Of a stretch of DNA of 64,000 nt, positions 1 to 8,582 are shown piece by piece. Position numbers and translations under genes: made by a program. The DNA is taken from positions 81,916 to 145,915 of the forward strand of contig NZ_JBDVDQ010000016.1 of NCBI RefSeq assembly GCF_039941875.1. Reading direction: 5' to 3'. Position 1 is the stretch's first letter. Every line of letters begins with the position of its first letter. Under the pieces are notes generated by a model, which made no database searches, was not told where the DNA came from, and was given only the letters and a program-made list of their open reading frames with translations. The stretch is from Nonlabens sp. (GTDB lineage Bacteria; Bacteroidota; Bacteroidia; Flavobacteriales; Flavobacteriaceae).

Positions 1-61
1 TTAAGGTTAATTGCAAAGTTGTAGGAAAGAGGAAAGAGGAAATTTATGTTTTTATAGCAAA

Positions 62-89
62 AAAAAAGCGGACTTAAGTCCGCTTTTTT
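62..89. terminator. Intrinsic terminator hairpin downstream of cysteine desulfurase
   Basis: Perfect inverted repeat AAAAAAGCGGACTT/AAGTCCGCTTTTTT with A/T tails. Confidence 0.75.
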
Positions 90-166
90 GTTGTTAACCA
101 ATAAGGAAATATAATTAATTTCTTCTCGGTTCTTTAATGTAATCTTATGAATGCTTAAAATCTAAC

Positions 167-1324
167 CTAAGCCTCAATACCTTCCATATACTCTTTTAAT
201 ATCCCTACTACATAATCCAGTTCTTCTTTTGTATTATAAATAGAAAAGCTGAAACGTAAACTCGGTTTATTTAAATCTTCTTCTGTAAGAACACTAGTTA
301 AAACGTGAGATCCTTTTTGAGAACCACTCTGGCAAGCGCTTCCTTTAGAACAAGCGATACCTTTTAAATCCATCGTAAATAAAAGCATTGCAGCTTTATC
401 TGCAGGACATGGTAAACACACGTTTAATAAAGTATATGTGCTCTCTTTATGATCACCACAGTTACCGTTAAACTTAACACCAAGAACATGCTTTTCTAAC
501 TGTTCCTGAAAGTAATTCTTAAGGTCTAAAACATAAGCACGGTCTTCTTCTAGGTTATCATAAGCCATTTTTAAAGCCAAATCCATACCTACTATATTGT
601 GCACACTTTCTGTACCTGCTCTTATACCACGTTCTTGAGAACCACCTAAAATAAGGGGTTTTAAACCTGTTCCTTTTCTTATAAAAGCAAATCCAGTTCC
701 TTTAGGACCATGAAACTTATGAGCAGACACTGCTGTAAAATCAACAGGTAATTTACTTAAATCCATTTCATAATGACCTATAGACTGTACACAATCGCTA
801 TGAAACAACGCATTGTGCTTTTTACACAACTCTCCTACTCTATCTATATCTAACTTATTCCCTATCTCATTATTAATGTGCATTAATGAAACTAGCGTTT
901 TCTTATCGCTAGATGCTAGCAATTGTTCTAGATCTATATAATTAGGTGTACCGCAATCTTTAAGTTTTACATGAGCTACCTCTGTACCATATTTTTCTTT
1001 ACAATAATCTACTATATAAAGAACCGCATGATGCTCAATAGTAGTAGTTATAATACGTTCTACACCTAGATCACGCACACAACTATGAATAGCTAGATTA
1101 TCTGCCTCTGTACCTCCAGAAGTAAAAATAATCTCTGCAGCAGTAACATTTAATTGAGCAGCAATATTCTTACGAGCATTTTCAATAAGGGACTTTGCAC
1201 TACGTCCAAAACTATGGGTAGAACTAGGGTTTCCATGAACTTCTGTCATCACCTCGGTCATTCTTTGAACAACCTCCGGTCTCATTTGTGTCGTTGCCGC
1301 ACTATCTAAATAAACTTCTCTCAT
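167..1324 (-). CDS. iscS: Cysteine desulfurase (IscS/NifS family, PLP-dependent)
   Basis: YLDSAATT, GNPSS, FTSGGTEADN, SAHKFHGPKG (PLP Lys), SKGSACQSG (catalytic Cys). Confidence 0.9.
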   Translation of the reverse strand: MREVYLDSAATTQMRPEVVQRMTEVMTEVHGNPSSTHSFGRSAKSLIENARKNIAAQLNVTAAEIIFTSGGTEADNLAIHSCVRDLGVERIITTTIEHHAVLYIVDYCKEKYGTEVAHVKLKDCGTPNYIDLEQLLASSDKKTLVSLMHINNEIGNKLDIDRVGELCKKHNALFHSDCVQSIGHYEMDLSKLPVDFTAVSAHKFHGPKGTGFAFIRKGTGLKPLILGGSQERGIRAGTESVHNIVGMDLALKMAYDNLEEDRAYVLDLKNYFQEQLEKHVLGVKFNGNCGDHKESTYTLLNVCLPCPADKAAMLLFTMDLKGIACSKGSACQSGSQKGSHVLTSVLTEEDLNKPSLRFSFSIYNTKEELDYVVGILKEYMEGIEA

Positions 1325-1328
1325 AGCA

Positions 1329-1336
1329 CAAAAGTA
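1329..1336 (-). promoter_or_regulatory. Bacteroidota sigma70 -7 box TACTTTTG for iscS
   Basis: Matches TAnnTTTG; 4 nt upstream of the ATG. Confidence 0.6.
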
Positions 1337-1384
1337 ATTTTATTTACAATAAAATTTGCACTTTAGCGCTTTAATATGATTGAT

Positions 1385-1392
1385 TACTTTTG
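1385..1392 (+). promoter_or_regulatory. -7 box TACTTTTG for lipoprotein gene
   Basis: Matches TAnnTTTG; 4 nt upstream of ATG at 1397. Confidence 0.6.
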
Positions 1393-1396
1393 TAAA

Positions 1397-2389
1397 ATGA
1401 AAAAACTGCTATACCTTATAATTCCTATAGTTTTACTAGGCTGTGATGATGGAGATATCATTACTAACGACTTTGATTTTGAAGATGCGAGCGTAGAGGC
1501 TTGTGAACCAACAATCTCTTCTGGTAGTATAAATAATTTTGTTTTTTATAAAAATGAAGACACAAATTTTGAAAGCCTCGTTTTACAAATTTTAACTAGT
1601 GATGATATTCTAAATACAAATGCTACTTACGGTCCTTATGACATATCAAATACTAGTACAACCACATTTGAATACCGTAAATTCGATGCTGCGCCAGGTA
1701 ATGATTATTACTGCAACAGCATACCTCCTAGTTCACCTACAGTAACTGAGGTCTTTAACGCCATAGGTGGAGAAGTAACTATAGAAACATCTACACGTAG
1801 TGATGACGATGATGATGGTATTCTAGCCGAAGATGAAGAAATCGTTTTTGATCTTAATGGAGATATTGATTTTATTGCTAGTCGAGATACCGATGAGGAC
1901 GGCATACCAGACTTCATGGATATAGATGATGACGGTGATAACGTACCTACCAGCCTTGAAGGTGTCGCTTTTAATAGTGACGGGACTATAGACATAGCAA
2001 ATAGTCGAGACACCGATGGTGATGGCAAATTAGACTATAAAGACGCAGACGACGATGGCGATGGAGTCGATACAAAAGACGAAAGTATAGATGGTAATCT
2101 AGACCCAACAGATGATTTTGCCATAGGTGCCACAGTACCTAATTACTTAGTATTCTCTAGCACTCCGGCAGTGGCTAACCCATTGATAGAAGAATACATC
2201 CCACATACCATAGAACGCATCACACAATTGCACATCACAATAGCAGGTCTAACCTTAACTAACGGTAACGTAGAAATCATTGAAGATGATTATGATTTTG
2301 GCAATTATATAAAAGATGCTATTATATTAACTTGTACGCCAGCATTTCCGACAGCTTCACTACCTGTTAATGCTTGTGAATTTGAGTAA
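1397..2389 (+). CDS. Acidic lipoprotein with DxDxDG Ca-binding (thrombospondin type-3-like) repeats
   Basis: Signal peptide MKKLL...LLG-C; repeats DTDEDGIPDFMDIDDDGD and DTDGDGKLDYKDADDDGD; start moved from 1376 to MKKLL. Confidence 0.7.
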   Translation: MKKLLYLIIPIVLLGCDDGDIITNDFDFEDASVEACEPTISSGSINNFVFYKNEDTNFESLVLQILTSDDILNTNATYGPYDISNTSTTTFEYRKFDAAPGNDYYCNSIPPSSPTVTEVFNAIGGEVTIETSTRSDDDDDGILAEDEEIVFDLNGDIDFIASRDTDEDGIPDFMDIDDDGDNVPTSLEGVAFNSDGTIDIANSRDTDGDGKLDYKDADDDGDGVDTKDESIDGNLDPTDDFAIGATVPNYLVFSSTPAVANPLIEEYIPHTIERITQLHITIAGLTLTNGNVEIIEDDYDFGNYIKDAIILTCTPAFPTASLPVNACEFE

Positions 2390-2461
2390 TGATTTAAAAA
2401 TATAATCAGATCTATTTTAGAGTACTGAATTCTTATTTCCTTTAATTAAATTTATCAAGGA

Positions 2462-2992
2462 TTAAGCATTCTGGTGTATGTATATTTCAGTAGCGCCCTT
2501 TCCATATTTTTGATAATCAGCGTCATAAAACTTGACTTGGCTATATCGTTGAAAGAGGTAATTGAGTTCTTCTTTAAGAACTCCTTGCCCTATACCATGT
2601 ATAAAAACCAATTTAGGCACACGATTTTGAATAGCCCATTCTATCTTGTACCTCGCCGTATCTATTTGTAAATTGAGCTTATCATAAGCATCCATACCAC
2701 GTTCTGACTTCACTAATTGATGCACATGTAGATCGATTTCTACAGCAGGAATAAAAGCTGCTTTCTTTCTAGAAACCTGTCTTGCTTTAGATTTCTTAGG
2801 TGCAGGTTCTTCTTTAGGTGTAAAACTTGACACTTTGAATGATCTGTCTAAAATCAACTCACTGGGATGGTAGGTAATTTCTATGTCATCGTCAGTTAAG
2901 ATGGTTATTTGTTCCGCTTTCGCGAAAGCTACCACACCACCAAATTCATCGTCCAGAACAAGCACTCGATCGCCTTTTTTAAATGAATACAT
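2462..2992 (-). CDS. Smr/MutS2 C-terminal domain protein
   Basis: EIDLH, VFIHGIGQGVLK, YGKGATEI Smr motifs. Confidence 0.85.
   Translation of the reverse strand: MYSFKKGDRVLVLDDEFGGVVAFAKAEQITILTDDDIEITYHPSELILDRSFKVSSFTPKEEPAPKKSKARQVSRKKAAFIPAVEIDLHVHQLVKSERGMDAYDKLNLQIDTARYKIEWAIQNRVPKLVFIHGIGQGVLKEELNYLFQRYSQVKFYDADYQKYGKGATEIYIHQNA
2916..2929. repeat. Iterated palindrome GCTTTCGCGAAAGC, copy 1 (in Smr gene, AFAKA)
   Basis: Exact 14-bp match. Confidence 0.9.
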
Positions 2993-2995
2993 GGA

Positions 2996-3202
2996 CTACT
3001 CTTCTTCTTCAGATAAATGATCATCTTTATGAGCAACCCAATGTGTACTAGCACGATATGCGCCGAACATGATTAAAATCACTCCAAAAACCTTAAATAA
3101 TACGTTTGCGTCCTCATTTATAAAGGTATAGAGCAATAAAATTGCACCTACAAATATCACAAAACCGTTGATTAACTGCAAAAAGTTGTTTTTAATCGGC
3201 AT
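2996..3202 (-). CDS. Small two-TM hypothetical membrane protein
   Basis: Two hydrophobic segments; stop 3 nt before the Smr gene start. Confidence 0.7.
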   Translation of the reverse strand: MPIKNNFLQLINGFVIFVGAILLLYTFINEDANVLFKVFGVILIMFGAYRASTHWVAHKDDHLSEEEE

Positions 3203-3279
3203 TTTCTTTATTTAATCTAATTGTTATAACAAATTTATAAACTTATTTAAAAGGTAGTACCATTAGAAGGGATAAATTA

Positions 3280-3287
3280 TATTTTTG
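3280..3287 (+). promoter_or_regulatory. -7 box TATTTTTG upstream of T9SS cargo gene
   Basis: TAnnTTTG match 21 nt before ATG. Confidence 0.55.
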
Positions 3288-3308
3288 TACTGTTAAAGCA
3301 GCGTTATT

Positions 3309-5303
3309 ATGAAAAACATTATAAGCTTATTACTAGTGGGTTTTGCCTTTCAAATGGCAACCGCACAAGTATGGATTAAGGGTGATAATTTTATTTATTC
3401 CAAAGGAACAAACATCTTTGTGAAAAATAAAATTAATCTAGATACAGATTCTAAATTTTACCTTAGAGAAGAAGCACAGTTAATACAAGATGCCGATGTA
3501 CCTAATGAAGGTGATGGTATTATCTCTGTCTTTCAAGAAGGAACCACTAATAGTTACAGTTACAATTACTGGTCTTCTCCAGTAAGTGACGAATCTACTG
3601 GAACTGGTAACACTGGTTTTTTAAACACACAAATTAAATATCCAACCACAGCTGCAGGGACTAATACAGACTACACTATTACTGCTGAAGATTCACAAAT
3701 ACTAGCCTACAGTGTTAGAGATGGAGAGTCTGATGATGCTACTATAGGTGGTAGCCCTTTAAAAATAGCTGGTAGATGGTTATACACTTATGAAAGCGGT
3801 GGTAACCCTGCAACAGGATATGCTGGATGGTCTATTTTTAATGGATCACAAAACACACCTGCCGGTCAAGGTTTTACCATGAAAGGTGTTAATGAAATCG
3901 CTGGAGGATCTGCTAACTACAATGGTGGACAACGTTATGATTTTAGAGGAAGACCTAATAACGGTACAATTGAGATACAAATAGGTAATGATAACGCAAC
4001 TCTTGCCGGTAATCCTTATCCTAGCGCACTAGATTTAAAAAGATTCATACAAGTTAATGCTGAACATACCAGTGGTAATGACGTAAAAATGGATCCATGG
4101 GTTGAATTTTGGGAATCTCAAGTAGAAACCTCTCACCAGCTTACCTCTTACTTAGGTGGTTATGCAAGATACGTGCCTATGGGCTTTACTGCTGGATCTG
4201 AAAACGGTTATGATAACAGTGGTACTTATCTAGAACCTATCTTCAGAAGAACAGATAACGATGGTAATATAATAACCAGTGGTACTACAAACACTTCTGG
4301 TGTAGCAACCCCTCCAGGAACTACCACATCTAACACAGGAACTGGAATTGATGGAAGAAGAAGGTATGCCGCAATAGGCCAAGGTTTCTTTATTTCAAGA
4401 ACGAATACCGCTGTTCCTTTTACTGCCTCATCTTTTGAACAAGCTGCAACTGAATTTATCACGCCTGGTAGCGTTGTACCTAGCGGATTAGGAGAAACTA
4501 TAGAATTCAATAATTCTATGAGAGTCTTTCAAAAAGAAGATGGAAACACATCTGTATTTAAAGCTGCACCAGTTAATGGTAACCCATTAAGTAGTGTTGC
4601 TGCTATTCAAATACCTAAGATGATTATAAACGTAGTGCCTAACGGACTTTATGCTAGACCTCTTAACTTTGCTTTTGATGACAGTACATCACAAGCATAT
4701 GACTATGCATGGGAATCTCCTATATCTGGTAGAGTTGCTACAGATGCTTATATCAAAATAGGTACTGCAGGTGAATACGGTCTCTCTTCTCAAGCATTTG
4801 ATGAGAACATGGCTATTCCTATAGGTGTAGAAGTTGCGAGTTCATTTACTGCTCCTATTGATGTTGAATTTGAATTAGCTTTCTTGATCAACTTTGATCC
4901 TAATGAAGTTTATCTTCATGATAAAACAACAGGAGTTTATCATGATTTAAAAGCTGGAAACAAAACTTTATTAATTGCGCCAGGTCATTATACTGACCGT
5001 TTTGAAGTGACATTTAAAAGCACTTCTGGCACTTTAAGTAATGGACTTGTAGAAGAAACCAACTTTGATATTTTCCAAAACAATGGAAAGAAAGAGTTGA
5101 CGATACTTAATCCTAACTTAGAAGATGTAGCAAACATTTCTTTATATGACCTTGCAGGAAGACAAATCTTCTCTAATAAGCCAGCATCTGCAGAAAGCAG
5201 TTATAGTTTTGAAACAGCATCACTTTCTAGCGCTATTTACATCGCAAAAGTGACTACTGTAAATAATAAAGAAGTAGCTGTTAAGGTGAGTATCTCAAAT
5301 TAA
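3309..5303 (+). CDS. T9SS type A sorting-domain secreted protein
   Basis: Sec signal; GNPYPSALD motif; C-terminal SLYDLAGRQI...LSSAIYIAKV...KV type A CTD. Confidence 0.8.
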   Translation: MKNIISLLLVGFAFQMATAQVWIKGDNFIYSKGTNIFVKNKINLDTDSKFYLREEAQLIQDADVPNEGDGIISVFQEGTTNSYSYNYWSSPVSDESTGTGNTGFLNTQIKYPTTAAGTNTDYTITAEDSQILAYSVRDGESDDATIGGSPLKIAGRWLYTYESGGNPATGYAGWSIFNGSQNTPAGQGFTMKGVNEIAGGSANYNGGQRYDFRGRPNNGTIEIQIGNDNATLAGNPYPSALDLKRFIQVNAEHTSGNDVKMDPWVEFWESQVETSHQLTSYLGGYARYVPMGFTAGSENGYDNSGTYLEPIFRRTDNDGNIITSGTTNTSGVATPPGTTTSNTGTGIDGRRRYAAIGQGFFISRTNTAVPFTASSFEQAATEFITPGSVVPSGLGETIEFNNSMRVFQKEDGNTSVFKAAPVNGNPLSSVAAIQIPKMIINVVPNGLYARPLNFAFDDSTSQAYDYAWESPISGRVATDAYIKIGTAGEYGLSSQAFDENMAIPIGVEVASSFTAPIDVEFELAFLINFDPNEVYLHDKTTGVYHDLKAGNKTLLIAPGHYTDRFEVTFKSTSGTLSNGLVEETNFDIFQNNGKKELTILNPNLEDVANISLYDLAGRQIFSNKPASAESSYSFETASLSSAIYIAKVTTVNNKEVAVKVSISN

Positions 5304-5304
5304 T

Positions 5305-5601
5305 ATGAAATCATTTCTCATAGACGATAGCTGGATGCTACCATGTATGAGTAAACAATTAACGGGAATGGACTGTCCTGGATGTGGAATCCAGCGGTCC
5401 ATTTCTTTTTTACTCAAAGGTGACATCATCGATTCCTTTTTAATGTACCCAGGCCTTTATCCAGGCATGTTTTTATTCTTCTTTCTCATCTTTGATTGGT
5501 TTAAGAATGTAAAACACGGAGAGCAAATTAAACTATGGGCTACTATACTTACTATAGGTACTATTCTCACTAGTTATTTTATCAAAATGGCAATTCATTA
5601 A
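5305..5601 (+). CDS. DUF2752-family membrane protein
   Basis: C-x6-GMDCPGCGIQRS motif plus TM helices. Confidence 0.8.
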   Translation: MKSFLIDDSWMLPCMSKQLTGMDCPGCGIQRSISFLLKGDIIDSFLMYPGLYPGMFLFFFLIFDWFKNVKHGEQIKLWATILTIGTILTSYFIKMAIH

Positions 5602-5662
5602 AAAATATTGTAACATTGTGATTAAATAATCAACTAACTATACATATCAAATTAACCAAATT

Positions 5663-5983
5663 ATGCAAAAATTAAATACAACTCTAGTTTATATACTATC
5701 TATAGCAGGATTCATTTGCTGTTGCTGGTTAGGTGGATTATCAGTTATACCTGCTGCTATCGCCTTTTTTATAGCAAATAAAGAATTAACGAAATACGAA
5801 GCTAACCCTGCAGAATATGCCAACGGTCCAGCTATGAAAACTGCCAAAACTGTTGCGTTGGTAATACTTATCCTATCTGCACTTAACTTCATTTACACTA
5901 TCTATGGTCTTGCAACAACACCATGGGAAGAAGTAATAGCTGGTTACGAAGAAGGTTTTAAATCAAGTGGAGTAGAATTTTAA
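5663..5983 (+). CDS. CCC-motif membrane protein (paralog 1)
   Basis: GFICCCW, two TM segments, AMKTAKTVA. Confidence 0.75.
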   Translation: MQKLNTTLVYILSIAGFICCCWLGGLSVIPAAIAFFIANKELTKYEANPAEYANGPAMKTAKTVALVILILSALNFIYTIYGLATTPWEEVIAGYEEGFKSSGVEF

Positions 5984-5995
5984 ATAGAAACAATC

Positions 5996-6358
5996 ATGCA
6001 AAAATTAAATACAACTCTAGTTTATATTCTATCAGTAATAGGATTTTTATGCTGCTGTTTTTATGGTGTAGGTACTATTGCAGCAATAATAGCTATAGTG
6101 GTAGCTAGCAAAGAATTGAATAAATACAACGCAAATCCACAACAGTTTGTGAATGGTAAAGCTATGAAAACTGCTAAAACAGTGGCTATCATTTCTCTAG
6201 TTATCTCATTAATAGGACTTGCTCTAATTGCGTGGTTCTATTTTAACCAATGTGAATTCTACACATGGTACTTAGATACATTTGGAGACCAACCAGGTGT
6301 TACAGAAGAGCAACTAGCTCCTATTTATGAAGCTATGGAAGAAGCTGGATGTATCTAA
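5996..6358 (+). CDS. CCC-motif membrane protein (paralog 2)
   Basis: GFLCCCF, AMKTAKTVA; N-terminus identical to paralog 1. Confidence 0.75.
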   Translation: MQKLNTTLVYILSVIGFLCCCFYGVGTIAAIIAIVVASKELNKYNANPQQFVNGKAMKTAKTVAIISLVISLIGLALIAWFYFNQCEFYTWYLDTFGDQPGVTEEQLAPIYEAMEEAGCI

Positions 6359-6377
6359 AAAATACATTATAAATATT

Positions 6378-6410
6378 AAAAAAGGGAAAGCTAACGCTTT
6401 CCCTTTTTTT
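6378..6410. terminator. Bidirectional intrinsic terminator between convergent membrane-protein modules
   Basis: AAAAAAGGGAAAGC-TAAC-GCTTTCCCTTTTTT. Confidence 0.8.
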
Positions 6411-6445
6411 TGTTTTGAAACTAGATATAAGATAGTTTTAGAATT

Positions 6446-6826
6446 CTATAGATTACGTACGATTGTGAAAACGACAACGAGAGCAAAGACAGATAACACC
6501 AGATACTTATTATTGATCCATCTTCTAAATCTATGATCACGTAGACCGGGAATCCATTCAAAAACTCCTACTAAAACTCCAAACGGTAACAACACAAATA
6601 GTAAAGGGTTGTAATTATATGCCTTTATAAAATTACCATTTAACAAAGAATGTACGGCACGTTGAGAACCACAGCCTGGACAGTCATATCCTGTCACATA
6701 TTTACTAGGACATTGTGGGTAAAAGCCTACTTCTTCAGGATTATAATTTTTGAACAGAAAAAAAGCGGCACCAAATAAAATTATGGTACCGCATATAATA
6801 AGTATTTGCTTATAATTTTTGATCAT
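6446..6826 (-). CDS. DUF2752-family membrane protein
   Basis: CPSKYVTGYDCPGCGSQRA motif, AYNYNPL, TM helices. Confidence 0.8.
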   Translation of the reverse strand: MIKNYKQILIICGTIILFGAAFFLFKNYNPEEVGFYPQCPSKYVTGYDCPGCGSQRAVHSLLNGNFIKAYNYNPLLFVLLPFGVLVGVFEWIPGLRDHRFRRWINNKYLVLSVFALVVVFTIVRNL

Positions 6827-7155
6827 TAATAACCTCCATCAGCGATAGCTCCTAGTACACCCATGAAGAAAGCTAATATGATAACCACAAGACCAGTGAC
6901 GACAGCAGCTATCACCCAGTTTTTTGCGGTATTACTAGCTTTTATAGCTCCTTGAAAATCTCCTACTCTATGTTTACTTTCTACTTGAGAACTATAAATA
7001 ATAGCAATAATTCCAAAAACCTGACAACATAGAATAGTAACAATAATAGATTCTGCTAACCAGGTTTTAGGTGCAGGGCCATAATTATTACCTTGATTAA
7101 ACTGTTGTTGTTGAAATTGGTTTTGTGGTTGGTTAGATTGATCCATTCTATTCAA
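6826..7155 (-). CDS. CD225/dispanin (IFITM-like) membrane protein
   Basis: LCC[11 protein letters not shown]7-GDFQGA-x3-S-x2-AK signature; Q/N-rich N-terminus. Confidence 0.8.
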   Translation of the reverse strand: MNRMDQSNQPQNQFQQQQFNQGNNYGPAPKTWLAESIIVTILCCQVFGIIAIIYSSQVESKHRVGDFQGAIKASNTAKNWVIAAVVTGLVVIILAFFMGVLGAIADGGY

Positions 7156-8425
7156 ATTCTTTTAAAGTATTAATAATAATTGCAATACACTCATCTAACT
7201 GTTCTTTAGTCATTACAAGTGGTGGCGCAAATCTAATAATATTTCCGTGAGTAGGTTTTGCTAGCAATCCATTATCTCTTAACCTTAAACAAATATTCCA
7301 TGCCGTCTTACTATCTTCTGTATCATTGATAACTATAGCATTTAAAAGACCTTTACCTCTTACTAGAGTTACCGTGTCTGTAGTTTCAATATACTTATTA
7401 ATCTCAGCTCTAAAGTAACTACCTAATGCACGAGCATTTTGAATTAATTTTTCATCCTTAACCACTTCAAGAGCAGCCATTGCAACTGCTGCTGCAACTG
7501 GATTACCACCAAAAGTAGAACCATGCTGTCCAGGCTTAATAACATTCATCACCTCATTGTCTGCAAGTACTGCACTTACAGGGTAAGCACCACCAGATAA
7601 TGCTTTACCTAATATCAACATATCAGGACGTGCATAAGTTGCCTCCTGGCGCTCACAATGCGCATCACAACTACAGTCACCACATACAGCTAGTAAACCA
7701 CCAGTTCTTGCGATACCAGTTTGTATCTCATCTGCTATAAATAAAGCATTGTATTTATTACAAAGATCGCGCGATGCTCTCATGAAGTCATCATTAGGAG
7801 TAAAAACTCCGGCCTCACCCTGTATAGGCTCTACTAGAAAACCAGCTACATTTTCTTCTTGCAGTGCTTTTTCAAGAGCCGCAGTATCGTTGTAAGGTAT
7901 TTTTATAAATCCAGGTGTATAAGGTCCAAAGTTCTTACGAGCATCTTCGTCATTAGAAAAAGAGATAATTGTAGTCGTACGACCATGAAAATTATTTTCA
8001 CATACTATAATTTTTGCAGCATGCTCCTCTACTCCTTTTTTCTCATAAGCCCATTTACGTGCTATTTTTATAGCAGTCTCTACCGCTTCAGCACCAGTAT
8101 TCATAGGTAGTACCTTATCAAACTGAAAATACTCTGTCATGTACTTTTCGTACTGACCTAATTTATCATTATGAAATGCTCTGGAAGTAAGCGTTAATGT
8201 TTGCGCTTGCTCATTCATCGCATTAACGATAGCAGGATGACAGTGTCCCTGATTCACCGCACTATAAGCACTTAAAAAATCATAGTATCGCTTTCCATCC
8301 ACATCCCACACATAAACACCTTCTCCTTTTTCTAATACTACAGGTAAGGGATGGTAATTATGCGCTCCATGTTTATCTTCTAGATCTATAAAATGTTGTG
8401 CTTTACTTTCGTTATTCATGCTCAT
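7148..8425 (-). CDS. rocD: Ornithine--oxo-acid aminotransferase
   Basis: [49 protein letters not shown]. Confidence 0.93.
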   Translation of the reverse strand: MSMNNESKAQHFIDLEDKHGAHNYHPLPVVLEKGEGVYVWDVDGKRYYDFLSAYSAVNQGHCHPAIVNAMNEQAQTLTLTSRAFHNDKLGQYEKYMTEYFQFDKVLPMNTGAEAVETAIKIARKWAYEKKGVEEHAAKIIVCENNFHGRTTTIISFSNDEDARKNFGPYTPGFIKIPYNDTAALEKALQEENVAGFLVEPIQGEAGVFTPNDDFMRASRDLCNKYNALFIADEIQTGIARTGGLLAVCGDCSCDAHCERQEATYARPDMLILGKALSGGAYPVSAVLADNEVMNVIKPGQHGSTFGGNPVAAAVAMAALEVVKDEKLIQNARALGSYFRAEINKYIETTDTVTLVRGKGLLNAIVINDTEDSKTAWNICLRLRDNGLLAKPTHGNIIRFAPPLVMTKEQLDECIAIIINTLKEFE

Positions 8426-8582
8426 TGCAGTGCTATTTTTATCGTTTGCCGCAATTTAATCATTTCGATTACAGAATTAAAATTAAAACATCTAAGAATT
8501 TGTCAAATTCGCAAGAATCCACCCTTAACTTAAATGCCTAAAGATTCTATAAAAACAAGGAATTACGTTAATTTTACCGCCT

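Noticed and set aside
22-42. Short tandem GGAAAGA x2.5
   Set aside because: Too short; plausible by chance in purine-rich intergenic DNA
4261-4360. Thr/Gly-rich quasi-repeat in the T9SS type A protein
   Set aside because: Low-complexity linker with no exact DNA repeat unit; not a contingency locus
6327-6536. 69-aa ORF across the bidirectional terminator
   Set aside because: Spans a terminator and overlaps genes on both sides
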